DNA from: Lingula anatina
Taxonomy: Eukaryota > Animalia > Brachiopoda
Reading direction: 5' to 3'
Assembly: GCA_051362555.1 (NCBI GenBank)
Contig: CM120641.1
Coordinates: 30,572,401-30,636,400, forward strand
DNA: 64,000 nt
Shown here: in pieces, positions 37,892 through 51,900 of the stretch
How positions within the stretch are numbered: position 1 is the first letter of the stretch
Layout: each line of letters opens with the position of its first letter
Program-made: the position numbers and the translations under genes
Notes under the pieces: generated by a model
The model's database searches: none
The model's input: only the letters and a program-made list of their open reading frames with translations
What the model was told of the DNA's origin: nothing

Positions 37892-39500
37892 CCAGCTGGA
37901 GTAAACACATTTTTATAGAAACAAAAAAGGGAAACCACCTTAAGTGTTGTGCTTGACAAAATACGGTAAACAACAGTTCTCAATTTTTTGAAGAATACAT
38001 ATATTACAATTCATAACAAATTGTGGGGAGAATTAATGTTCAAATTCAAGGTTGCAAAAAGAATGAGAATATAAGACTTCCCATCCAAGTTCAATTGTAT
38101 ATATCACAGCTTGGAAATTTGAAAAGTGCGCTTCATGGCTAAAAGTAGGTCAAGGGTCAAATTCAAGGCCACAGGAAGACTGTCAATGTATGAGTTCTTA
38201 TTCAAGTTCGGTAGTATCTGTGGGCATGCCAGTTTTGGAGACATAAGGGACAGAAAATTTACAAAGTTCAGTTCATAGTAAAAAGTAGGTCCAGGGTCAA
38301 GTTCAAGGTCACAGTTAGATTGCCAATGTACGACTATGGGCATATCTCTGCCAGTTTTGGAGATATATTGATGGAAAACTTGCAAAGTTCAGTTCATGGT
38401 GAAAAGTGGGCAAAGTAAATTTCAAGGTCATATATTGCCAGTACATTACTTCGTGTTCAAGTTTAATAGCAACTTTGGGCATGTATCTGGCAGTTTTGGA
38501 GATATAAGGGACAAAAAAGTTGCAAAGTTCAGTTCATGGTGAAAAGTAGGTCAGAGGTAAAATTCAAGGTGACAGATTGCCAGTATGTGACTTCCTATTC
38601 AAGTTTTATAGTTACTGTGGGCATATCTCTGGCAGTTTTGTAAATATAAGGGACAGAGAGTTGTAAAGTTCAGTTCAAATTGAAAATTAGGTCAAAGGTC
38701 AATCTCAAGGTGACAGATTGCAAGTATATGACTTCCTATTGAAGGTCTATAGTAACTATGTGGGGGGTACCTCTAATTTTGGAGTTATTTCACATTTAAT
38801 TTTCACCAATGGATATTGCAACATTGTACTTTCTGATATGGTGCAACTTGTATACCATATGGAAAACAAAAACAGACACCATCCCCAGTGTTGTGCTTGA
38901 CAAGATCTATAAAATGCACTAAACAAAAGGTTTCTAGCATTTATGGTTCCAGGATTAGAGTTTGCAGTTAAGAAATCTGGCTGCAATGTTGTGCTTGACA
39001 AGATCTATAAAATGCACTAAACAAAAGGTTTCTAGCATTTATGGTTCCAGGATTAGAGTTTGCAGTTAAGAAATCTGGCTGCTTCTCCCATAAAAATGCA
39101 CCAACTGACCCCAAACTCACGAAGATGAAAGATAACCCTAAGGGTAATACCTGCCCATAATATTATAGGATAGGTCTGTGTAGATTCAGAAAATCAGCAT
39201 GAATGAAAAAAATTTTAAAGAAAATTTTGGCCCATTTAACCTTAAATGGGCATATTTCAAATCCCACATACCACTTTCAGTCATCCATAGAAACTTTTCC
39301 TGCAATGCCTTTAGTTTGGGAGATATTTTGCATTTCATTTTGCAAATTTTGGACAAGGGTGCAATGTGACGAACACCACACCTACACCCCAGCACCGCGT
39401 ACCCAAAATTCACATGGATCAAGTTGAGATTATATCTGACCTACATACAAGAGATGGATACATGGTCTCTTATAGTTTAAGAGGAGAAGCAGTAACAGTG
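37892..39500. mobile_element. Non-autonomous element with ~140-bp tandem cores, inserted into the satellite periphery
   Basis: About 5 cores aaagttcagttcatggtgaaaagtaggtca...aaggtcacag...gggcatatctct.cagttttggagatata (38125-38770) and an exact 98-bp tandem duplication (38889 and 38987). Termini are approximate. Confidence 0.55.
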
Positions 39501-39959
39501 ATGTGGTGGCAGAGAACAGTGTGCAATAAGACTTAAAATGTATCAAAATTACCATCATGAATATAATTAAATATTAGCAATTTTGTAAATTATATTTTTT
39601 TTCTTTTTAATTTTGAAAAAATGACATTTGACAACTGCAGATATCTGTGATAAGCTTATCAGTTGACTGTGTGTAACAGAAGTGCAGCTTATTGGCAATT
39701 TATATGAGAAGAGTGAGAATTATTGAAAACAAATATTTTAATACGCCAATATATCATATATATCATTCAATATATCATTCAGTCTCCAAAGAAACATCAA
39801 ATGTGATCATTTCTTTGCTTGTGTAGAGGTGACAAATTGTCCAGAAATGTGACCTAGAAAACAACATATACCCATTCAAGACTTCTTCTTACTATCAATA
39901 CCAGGTGCAGATTCCTCCTTACAATCAGTTTCTGGAATAGGGTTTAGCACACCATTTGA

Positions 39960-42900
39960 CAAAATATATTTGAAAAAAGTGTAAATTAAATATTAAAAAG
40001 TGATAAATTTCCCAGATTAAAATAGTTAAACATAAATACTTTTGAAAAAGTTTAGCTAAATAGATGACAACATTGAAAAAAATGCCAAATTTGATAACTT
40101 AAAATAGTTAAACATTAATAATGTTGGCAAATCTACTCCAATATTTGTGAAATTTGTACAAATCATGCTTAACATCTAAAATATCTGTGAAAAGCACATC
40201 AGTTGACAATGTCAAATGAAAAAGATTTTTTCAGAACATATATTTTTAGAAAACTGAAAATGACATTGAAAAGACTGCCAAATTCCATGACTTAAAATAG
40301 TTAAACATTAATAATTTTGACAAATCTGGTCCAATCTTTGTGAAATTTATACAAATGATGCATAACAACAATAATAACCTCATCAGTTGACTGGGTCCAA
40401 TAAAGAAGATTTTTTAAGACAATATAATTGAGAAAAATGAATATAACATTAAAAGCAATTTTCATGGTATAAAATAGTTAAATGTTAATAGTTTTGACAA
40501 ATCAAGTCCAATATTTTTGAAATTTGTACAAATGATGCTTAAAATCTGAAAAACTCATCAGTTGACTGTGTCTAATGAAAAAGATTTTTAAGATCATATT
40601 AATTGGAGAAAAACTAAAAATTACATTGAAAAGACAGCCAAATTCCATGGTCTAAAATAGTTAAACGTTAAAAATTTTGACAAATCTTGTCCAATATTTG
40701 TGGAATTTGGAGAGATGATGCTTAACAATAACAAAAATCTGTGATAAGCTTAACAGTTGACAGTGTGTAATAGAATTGTAGTTGTTTGGTATTTTGTATG
40801 TGAAGGGTGAGAATTATATGTTGTCTTTTGCTGTCTGTTTTTTCTAAAGGAATTAGCCCTGACCAGACAGGAAGAATCAGTTCACCAAAAAAGCCATCAC
40901 GCTGTATGGAAAAGGTCACCTGGAAAAAGAACAATATGTTTGAAAAAAGTGAAAATTAAATTCTAAAAATTGACAAATTTCCCACACTAAAATAGTTGAA
41001 CAACAATTTTGATAAACTTAACCTAAACAGTTGACTGTGTGTAATAAAAAGGATATTTTCAAAATATATAAATTTGAGAAATACCGAAAATGACATTGAA
41101 AAGACTGCCAAATTGCATGGCTTAAAATAGTTAAACGCTAATAATTTTCACAACTCTTGTCTAATATTTGTGAAATTTGGACAGATGATGCATAACAACA
41201 ATAAAAATCTGCGATAAGCTCATCAGTTGACTGTGTCTCATCAAAAACATTTTTCAAAGCATATAAATGTGAGAAAATTGAAAATGACACTGAAAAGACT
41301 GCCAAATTCCATGGTATAAAATAGTTAAACGTTAATATTTTTCACAAATCTTGTCCAATAATTGTTGAAATTGGAGAGATGATGCTTAACAATAATAAAA
41401 ATCTGTAATAAGCTCATCAGTTGACTGTGTCTCATGAAAAACATTTTTCAGAGCATATAAATGTGAGAAAACTGAAAATGACATTGAAAAGACTGCCAAA
41501 TTCCATGGCTTAAAATAGTTAAACGTTAATAATTTTCACAAATCTTGTCTAATATTTGTGAAATTTGGATAGATGATGCATAACAACAATAAAAATCTGT
41601 GATAAGCTCATCAGTTGACTGTGTCTCATGAAAAAGATTTTTTTTGGACAATTAATTTGAGAAAACTGAAAATGACACTGAAACGACTGCCAAATTCCAT
41701 GGCTTAAAATAGTTAAACGTTAATAATTTTCACAAATCTTGTCTAATATTTGTGAAATTTGGACAGATGATGCATAACAACAATAAAAATCTGTGATAAG
41801 CTCATCAGTTGACTGTGTCTCATAAAAAAGATTTTTTTTGGACAATAAAATTGAGAAAACAGAAAATGACATTGAAAAGACTGCAAAATACGGTGCCTTA
41901 AAATAGTTAAACGTTAATAATTTTCACAAGTCTTGTTCAAGATTTGTGAAATTTGGACAGATGATGCATAACAACAATAAAAATCTGTGATAAGCTCATC
42001 AGTTGACTGTGTCTCATAAAAAGTATTTTTTTGGACAATAAATTTGAGAAAATTGAAAATGACACTGAGAAGACTGCAAAATGCGGTGCCTTAAAACAGT
42101 TAAATGTTAATAATTTTCACAAATCTTGTCTAATATTTGTCAAATTTGGAGAGATGATGCTTAACAATAACAAAAATAACATATCCTTACTACCAATACC
42201 AGATGTAGATTCCTCCTTACAATCGGTTTCTGGAATAGGGTTTAGCACACCATTTGACAATGTCCTAAAGCTTGCCATATATACCATCTATTGTACACAT
42301 GGATGAGACATAGCATTGCTCTTGCTGTTGTCTTTTGCTGTCTGTTTTTTCTATAGATATTAGCCCTGACCAGACAGGAAGAATCAGTTCACCAAAAAAG
42401 CCATTACGCTGTATGGAAAAGGTCACCTGGAAAAAGAACAATATGTTTGAAAAAAGTGAAAATTAAATTCTAAAAATTGACAAATTTCCCACACTAAAAT
42501 AGTTGAACAGTAATTTTGATAAACTTAATCTAAACAGTTGACTGTGTCTAATAAAAAGGATATTTTCAGAACATATAAATTTGAGAAAAACTGAAAATGA
42601 CATTGAAAAGACTGCCAAATGCGGTGCCTTAAAATAGTTAAATGTTAATAATTTTCAAAAATCTTGTCCAATATTGGTGAAATTTGGACAGATGATGCAT
42701 AACAATAATAAAAATCTGTGATAAGCTTATCAGTTGACAGTTGACATTTTTCAGAGCATATAAATGCGAGAAAACTGAAAATGACACTGAAAAGACTGCC
42801 AAATTCCATGGTATAAAATAGTTAAACGTTTATATTTTTCACAAATCTTGTCCAATATTTGTGAAATTTGGACAGATGATGCATAACAATAATAAAAATC

Positions 42901-45900
42901 TGTGATAAGCTCATCAGTTGACTGTGTCTCATAAAAAACATTTTTCAGAGCATATAAATGTGAGAAAACTGAAAATGACATTGAAAAGACTGCCAAATTC
43001 CATGGTATAAAATAGTTAAACGTTAATATTTTTAACAAATCTTGTCCAATATTTGTGGAATTTGGAGAGATGATGCTTAACAATAATAAAAATCTGTGAT
43101 TAGCTCATCAGTTGACTGTGTCTCATGAAAAAATTTTTTTAGAGCATATAAATGTGAGAAAATTGAAAATGACATTGAAAAGACTGCCAAATTCCATGGC
43201 TTAAAATAGTTAAACGTTAATAATTTTCACAAATCTTGTCTAATATTTGTGAAATTTGGACAGATGATGCATAACAACAATAAAAATCTGTGATAAGCTC
43301 ATCAGTTGATTGTGTCTCATAAAAAAGATTTTTTTGGACAATAAAATTGAGAAAACTGAAAATGACATTGAAAAGACTGCAAAATGCGGTGCCTTAAAAT
43401 AATTAAACATTAATAATTTTCACAAATCTTGTTCAATATTTGTAAAATATGGACAGATGATGCAAAACAATAATAAAAATCTTTGATAAGCTTATCAGTT
43501 GACAGTTGACATTTTTCAGAGCACATAAATGTGAGAAAACTGAAAATGACACTGAAAAGACTGTCAAATTCCATGGTATAAAATAGTTAAACGTTTATAT
43601 TTTTCACAAATCTTGTCCAATATTTGTGGAATTTGGAGAGATGATGTTTAACAATAATAAAAATCTGTGATAAGCTCATCAGTTGACTGTGTCTCATGAA
43701 AAACATTTTTCTGAGCATATAAATGTGAGAAAACTGAAAATGACATTGAAAAGACTGCCAAATTCCATGGCTTAAAATAGTTAAATGTTAATAATTTTCA
43801 CAAATCTTGTCTAATATTTGTGAAATTTGGATACATGATGCATAACAACAATAAAAATCTGTGATAAGCTCATCAGTTGACTGTGTCTCATAAAAAGTAT
43901 TTTTTTGAGAAAATTGAAAATGACACTGAGAAGACTGCAAAATGCGGTGCCTTAAAACAGTTAAATGTTAATAATTTTCACAAATCTTGTCTAATATTTG
44001 TCAAATTTGGAGAGATGATGCTTAACAATAACAAAAATAACATATCCTTACTACCAATACCAGATGTAGATTCCTCCTTACAATCGGTTTCTGGAATAGG
44101 GTTTAGCACACCATTTGACAATGTCCTAAAGCTTGCCATATATACCATCTATTGTACACATGGATGAGACATAGCATTGCTCTTGCTGTTGTCTTTTGCT
44201 GTCTGTTTTTTCTATAGGAATTAGCCCTGACCAGACAGGAAGAATCAGTTCACCAAAAAAGCCATTACGCTGTATGGAAAAGGTCACCTGGAAAAAGAAC
44301 AATATGTTTGAAAAAAGTGAAAATTAAATTCTAAAAATTGACAAATTTCCCACACTAAAATAGTTGAACAGTAATTTTGATAAACTAAATCTAAACAATT
44401 GACTGTGTCTAATAAAAAGGATATTTTCAGAACATATAAATTTGAGAAAAACTGAAAATGACATTGAAAAGACTGCCAAATGCGGTGCCTTAAAATAGTT
44501 AAATGTTAATAATTTTCAAAAATCTTGTCCAATATTGGTGAAATTTGGACAGATGATGCACAACAATAATAAAAATCTGTGATAAGCTTATCAGTTGACA
44601 GTTGACATTTTTCAGAGCATATAAATGCGAGAAAACTGAAAATGACACTGAAAAGACTGCCAAATTCCATGGTATAAAATATTTAAAGGTTTATATTTTT
44701 CACAAATCTTGTCCAATATTTGTGAAATTTGGACAGATGATGCATAACAATAATAAAAATCTATGATAAGCTTATCAGTTGACTGTGTCTCAGGAAAAAG
44801 ATTTTTTTTTGGACAATAAATTTGAGAAAACTGACAACAACACTGAAACGACTGCCAAATTCCATGGCTTAAAATAGTTAAACGTTAATACTTTTAACAA
44901 ATCTTGTCCAATATTTGTGGAATTTGGAGAGATAATGCTTAACCATAATAAAAATCTGTGATAAGCTCATCAGTTGACTGTGTCTCATGAAAAAGATTTT
45001 TTTTGGACAATAAAATTGAGAAAACAGAAAATGACATTGAAAAGACTGCAAAATACGGTGCCTTAAAATAGTTAAACGTTAATAATTTTCACAAGTCTTG
45101 TTCAAGATTTGTGAAATTTGGACAGATGATGCATAACAATAATAAAAATCTATGATAAGCTCATCAGTTGACTGTGTCTCAGGAAAAAGATTTTTTTTTT
45201 GGACAATTTATTTGAGAAAACTGAAAATAACACTGAAACGACTGCCAAATTCCATGGCTTAAAATAGTTAAACGTTAATAATTTTCACAAATCTTGTCTA
45301 ATATTTGTGAAATTTGGACAGATGATGCATAACAACAATAAAAATCTGTGATAAGCTCATCAGTTGACTGTGTCTCATAAAAAAGATTTTTTTTGGACAA
45401 TAAAATTGAGAAAACAGAAAATGACATTGAAAAGACTGTAATATACGGTGCCTTAAAATAGTTAAACGTTAATAATTTTCACAAGTCTTGTTCAAGATTT
45501 GTGAAATTTGGACAGATGATGCATAACAATAATAAAAATCTGTGATAAGCTCATCAGTTGACTGTGTCTCATAAAAAACATTTTTCAGAGCATATAAATG
45601 TGAGAAAACTGAAAATGACATTGAAAAGACTGCCAAATTCCATGGTATAAAATAGTTAAACGTTAATATTTTTAACAAATCTTGTCCAATATTTGTGGAA
45701 TTTGGAGAGATGATGCTTAACAATAATAAAAATCTGTGATTAGCTCATCAACGTACTGTGTCTCATGAAAAAATTTTTTCAGAGCATATAAATGTGAGAA
45801 AATTGAAAATGACATTGAAAAGACTGCCAAATTCCATGGCTTAAAATAGTTAAACGTTAATAATTTTCACAAATCTTGTCTAATATTTGTGAAATTTGGA

Positions 45901-48900
45901 CAGATGATGCATAACAACAATAAAAATCTGTGATAAGCTCATCAGTTGACTGTGTCTCATAAAAAAGATTTTTTTGGACAATAAAATTGAGAAAACTGAA
46001 AATGACATTGAAAAGACTGCAAAATGCGGTGCCTTAAAATAATTAAACATTAATAATTTTCACAAATCTTGTTCAATATTTGTGAAATATGGACAGATGA
46101 TGCAAAACAATAATAAAAATCTTTGATAAGCTTATCAGTTGACAGTTGACATTTTTCAGAGCACATTAATGTGAGAAAACTGAAAATGACACTGAAAAGA
46201 CTGTCAAATTCCATGGTATAAAATAGTTAAACGTTTATATTTTTCACAAATCTTGTCCAATATTTGTGGAATTTGAAGAGATGATGTTTAACAATAATAA
46301 AAATCTGTGATAAGCTCATCAGTTGACTGTGTCTCATGAAAAACATTTTTCTGAGCATATAAATGTGAGAAAACTGAAAATGACATTGAAAAGACTGCCA
46401 AATTCCATGGCTTAAAATAGTTAAACGTTAATAATTTTCACAAATCTTGTCTAATATTTGTGAAATTTGGATAGATGATGCATAACAATAATAAAAATCT
46501 GTGATAAGCTCATCAGTTGACTGTGTCTCATAAAAAAGATTTTTTTGGACAATAAAGTTGAGAAAACTGAAAATGACATTGAAAAGACTGCAAAATGCGG
46601 TGCCTTAAAATAGTTAAACGTTAATAATTTTCACAAATCTTGTCTAATATTTGTGAAATTTGGATACATGATGCATAACAACAATAAAAATCTGTGATAA
46701 GCTCATCAGTTGACTGTGTCTCATAAAAAGTATTTTTTTGGACAATAAATTTGAGAAAATTGAAAATGACACTGAGAAGACTGCAAAATGCGGTGCCTTA
46801 AAACAGTTAAATGTTAATAATTTTCACAAATCTTGTCTAATATTTGTGAAATTTGGATACATGATGCATAACAACAATAAAAATCTGTGATAAGCTCATC
46901 AGTTGACTGTGTCTCATAAAAAGTATTTTTTTGGACAATAAATTTGAGAAAATTGAAAATGACACTGAGAAGACTGCAAAATGCGGTGCCTTAAAACAGT
47001 TAAATGTTAATAATTTTCACAAATCTTGTCTAATATTTGTCAAATTTGGAGAGATGATGCTTAACAATAACAAAAATAACATATCCTTACTACCAATACC
47101 AGATGTAGATTCCTCCTTACAATCGGTTTCTGGAATAGGGTTTAGCACACCATTTGACAATGTCCTAAAGCTTGCCATATATACCATCTATTGTACACAT
47201 GGATGAGACATAGCATTGCTCTTGCTGTTGTCTTTTGCTGTCTGTTTTTTCTATAGGAATTAGCCCTGACCAGACAGGAAGAATCAGTTCACCAAAAAAG
47301 CCATTACGCTGTATGGAAATGGTCACCTGGAAAAAGAACAATATGTTTGAAAAAAGTGAAAATTAAATTCTAAAAATTGACAAATTTCCCACACTAAAAT
47401 AGTTGAACAGTAATTTTGATAAACTTAATCTAAACAGTTGACTGTGTCTAATAAAAAGGATATTTTCAGAACATATAAATTTGAGAAAAACTGAAAATGA
47501 CATTGAAAAGACTGCCAAATGCGGTGCCTTAAAATAGTTAAATGTTAATAATTTTCAAAAATCTTGTCCAATACTTGTGAAATTTGGACAGATGATGAAT
47601 AACAATAATAAAAATCTGTGATAAGCTTATCAGTTGACAGTTGACATTTTTCAGAGCATATAAATGCGAGAAAACTGAAAATGACACTGAAAAGACTGCC
47701 AAATTTCATGGTATAAAATATTTAAAGGTTTATATTTTTCACAAATCTTGTCCAATATTTGTGAAATTTGGACAGATGATGCATAACAATAATAAAAATC
47801 TATGATAAGCTCATCAGTTGACTGTGTCTCATGAAAAAGATTTTTTTTTGGACAATAAATTTGAGAAAACTGACAACAACACTGAAACGACTGCCAAATT
47901 CCATGGCTTAAAATAGTTAAACGTTAATATTTTTAACAAATCTTGTCCAATATTTGTGGAATTTGGAGAGATAATGCTTAACCATAATAAAAATCTGTGA
48001 TAAGCTCATCAGTTGACTGTGTCTCATGAAAAAGATTTTTTTTGGACAATTTATTTGAGAAAACTGAAAATAACACTGAAACGACTGCCAAATTCCATGG
48101 CTTAAAATAGTTAAACGTTAATAATTTTCACAAATCTTGTCTAATATTTGTGAAATTTGGACAGATGATGCATAACAACAATAAAAATCTGTGATAAGCT
48201 CATCAGTTGACTGTGTCTCATAAAAAAGATTTTTTTTGGACAATAAAATTGAGAAAACAGAAAATGACATTGAAAAGACTGCAAAATACGGTGCCTTAAA
48301 ATAGTTAAACGTTAATAATTTTCACAAGTCTTGTTCAAGATTTGTGAAATTTGGACAGATGATGCATAACAATAATAAAAATCTGTGATAAGCTCATCAG
48401 TTGACTGTGTCTCATAAAAAAGATTTTTTTTGGACAATAAAATTGAGAAAACAGAAAATGACATTGAAAAGACTGCAAAATACGGTGCCTTAAAATAGTT
48501 AAACGTTAATAATTTTCACAAGTCTTGTTCAAAATTTGTGAAATTTGGACAGATGATGCATAACAATAATAAAAATCTGTGATAAGCTCATCACTTGACT
48601 GTGTTTCATGAAAAACATTTTTCAGAGCATATAAATGTGAGAAAACTGAAAATGACATTGAAAAGACTGCCAAATTCCATGGTATAAAATAGTTAAACGT
48701 TAATATTTTTAACAAATCTTGTCCAATATTTGTGGAATTTGGAGAGATGATGCTTAACAATAATAAAAATCTGTGATTAGCTCATCAACGTACTGTGTCT
48801 CATGAAAAAATTTTTTCAGAGCATATAAATGTGAGAAAATTGAAAATGACATTGAAAAGACTGCCAAATTCCATGGCTTAAAATAGTTAAACGTTAATAA

Positions 48901-51900
48901 TTTTCACAAATCTTGTCTAATATTTGTGAAATTTGGACAGATGATGCATAACAACAATAAAAATCTGTGATAAGCTCATCAGTTGATTGTGTCTCATAAA
49001 AAAGATTTTTTTGGACAATAAAATTGAGAAAACTGAAAATGACATTGAAAAGACTGCAAAATGCGGTGCCTTAAAATAATTAAACATTAATAATTTTCAC
49101 AAATCTTGTTCAATATTTGTAAAATATGGACAGATGATGCAAAACAATAATAAAAATCTTTGATAAGCTTATCAGTTGACAGTTGACATTTTTCAGAGCA
49201 CATAAATGTGAGAAAACTGAAAATGACACTGAAAAGACTGTCAAATTCCATGGTATAAAATAGTTAAACGTTTATATTTTTCACAAATCTTGTCCAATAT
49301 TTGTGGAATTTGGAGAGATGATGTTTAACAATAATAAAAATCTGTGATAAGCTCATCAGTTGACTGTGTCTCATGAAAAACATTTTTCTGAGCATATAAA
49401 TGTGAGAAAACTGAAAATGACATTGAAAAGACTGCCAAATTCCATGGCTTAAAATAGTTAAATGTTAATAATTTTCACAAATCTTGTCTAATATTTGTGA
49501 AATTTGGATACATGATGCATAACAACAATAAAAATCTGTGATAAGCTCATCAGTTGACTGTGTCTCATAAAAAGTATTTTTTTGGACAATAAATTTGAGA
49601 AAATTGAAAATGACACTGAGAAGACTGCAAAATGCGGTGCCTTAAAACAGTTAAATGTTAATAATTTTCACAAATCTTGTCTAATATTTGTCAAATTTGG
49701 AGAGATGATGCTTAACAATAACAAAAATAACATATCCTTACTACCAATACCAGATGTAGATTCCTCCTTACAATCGGTTTCTGGAATAGGGTTTAGCACA
49801 CCATTTGACAATGTCCTAAAGCTTGCCATATATACCATCTATTGTACACATGGATGAGACATAGCATTGCTCTTGCTGTTGTCTTTTGCTGTCTGTTTTT
49901 TCTATAGGAATTAGCCCTGACCAGACAGGAAGAATCAGTTCACCAAAAAAGCCATTACGCTGTATGGAAAAGGTCACCTGGAAAAAGAACAATATGTTTG
50001 AAAAAAGTGAAAATTAAATTCTAAAAATTGACAAATTTCCCACACTAAAATAGTTGAACAGTAATTTTGATAAACTAAATCTAAACAATTGACTGTGTCT
50101 AATAAAAAGGATATTTTCAGAACATATAAATTTGAGAAAAACTGAAAATGACATTGAAAAGACTGCCAAATGCGGTGCCTTAAAATAGTTAAATGTTAAT
50201 AATTTTCAAAAATCTTGTCCAATATTGGTGAAATTTGGACAGATGATGCATAACAATAATAAAAATCTGTGATAAGCTTATCAGTTGACAGTTGACATTT
50301 TTCAGAGCATATAAATGCGAGAAAACTGAAAATGACACTGAAAAGACTGCCAAATTCCATGGTATAAAATATTTAAAGGTTTATATTTTTCACAAATCTT
50401 GTCCAATATTTGTGAAATTTGGACAGATGATGCATAACAATAATAAAAATCTATGATAAGCTCATCAGTTGACTGTGTCTCAGGAAAAAGATTTTTTTTT
50501 GGACAATAAATTTGAGAAAACTGACAACAACACTGAAACGACTGCCAAATTCCATGGCTTAAAATAGTTAAACGTTAATACTTTTAACAAATCTTGTCCA
50601 ATATTTGTGGAATTTGGAGAGATAATGCTTAACCATAATAAAAATCTGTGATAAGCTCATCAGTTGACTGTGTCTCATGAAAAAGATTTTTTTTGGACAA
50701 TAAAATTGAGAAAACAGAAAATGACATTGAAAAGACTGCAAAATACGGTGCCTTAAAATAGTTAAACGTTAATAATTTTCACAAGTCTTGTTCAAGATTT
50801 GTGAAATTTGGACAGATGATGCATAACAATAATAAAAATCTGTGATAAGCTCATCAGTTGACTGTGTCTCATAAAAAACATTTTTCAGAGCATATAAATG
50901 TGAGAAAATTGAAAATGACATTGAAAAGACTGCCAAATTCCATGGCTTAAAATAGTTAAACGTTAATAATTTTCACAAATCTTGTCTAATATTTGTGAAA
51001 TTTGGACAGATGATGCATAACAACAATAAAAATCTGTGATAAGCTCATCAGTTGACTGTGTCTCATAAAAAAGATTTTTTTGGACAATAAAATTGAGAAA
51101 ACTGAAAATGACATTGAAAAGACTGCAAAATGCGGTGCCTTAAAATAATTAAACATTAATAATTTTCACAAATCTTGTTCAATATTTGTGAAATATGGAC
51201 AGATGATGCAAAACAATAATAAAAATCTTTGATAAGCTTATCAGTTGACAATTGACATTTTTCAGAGCACATTAATGTGAGAAAACTGAAAATGACACTG
51301 AAAAGACTGTCAAATTCCATGGTATAAAATAGTTAAACGTTTATATTTTTCACAAATCTTGTCCAATATTTGTGGAATTTGAAGAGATGATGTTTAACAA
51401 TAATAAAAATCTGTGATAAGCTCATCAGTTGACTGTGTCTCATGAAAAACATTTTTCTGAGCATATAAATGTGAGAAAACTGAAAATGACATTGAAAAGA
51501 CTGCCAAATTCCATGGCTTAAAATAGTTAAACGTTAATAATTTTCACAAATCTTGTCTAATATTTGTGAAATTTGGATAGATGATGCATAACAATAATAA
51601 AAATCTGTGATAAGCTCATCAGTTGACTGTGTCTCATAAAAAAGATTTTTTTGGACAATAAAGTTGAGAAAACTGAAAATGACATTGAAAAGACTGCAAA
51701 ATGCGGTGCCTTAAAATAGTTAAACGTTAATAATTTTCACAAATCTTGTCTAATATTTGTGAAATTTGGATACATGATGCATAACAACAATAAAAATCTG
51801 TGATAAGCTCATCAGTTGACTGTGTCTCATAAAAAGTATTTTTTTGGACAATAAATTTGAGAAAATTGAAAATGACACTGAGAAGACTGCAAAATGCGGT

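Noticed and set aside
44215-44250. Cassette frame GISPDQTGR resembling the LINE RT motif I.PDQTGF
   Set aside because: Similarity is limited to about six residues and the flanking residues do not follow an RT domain.
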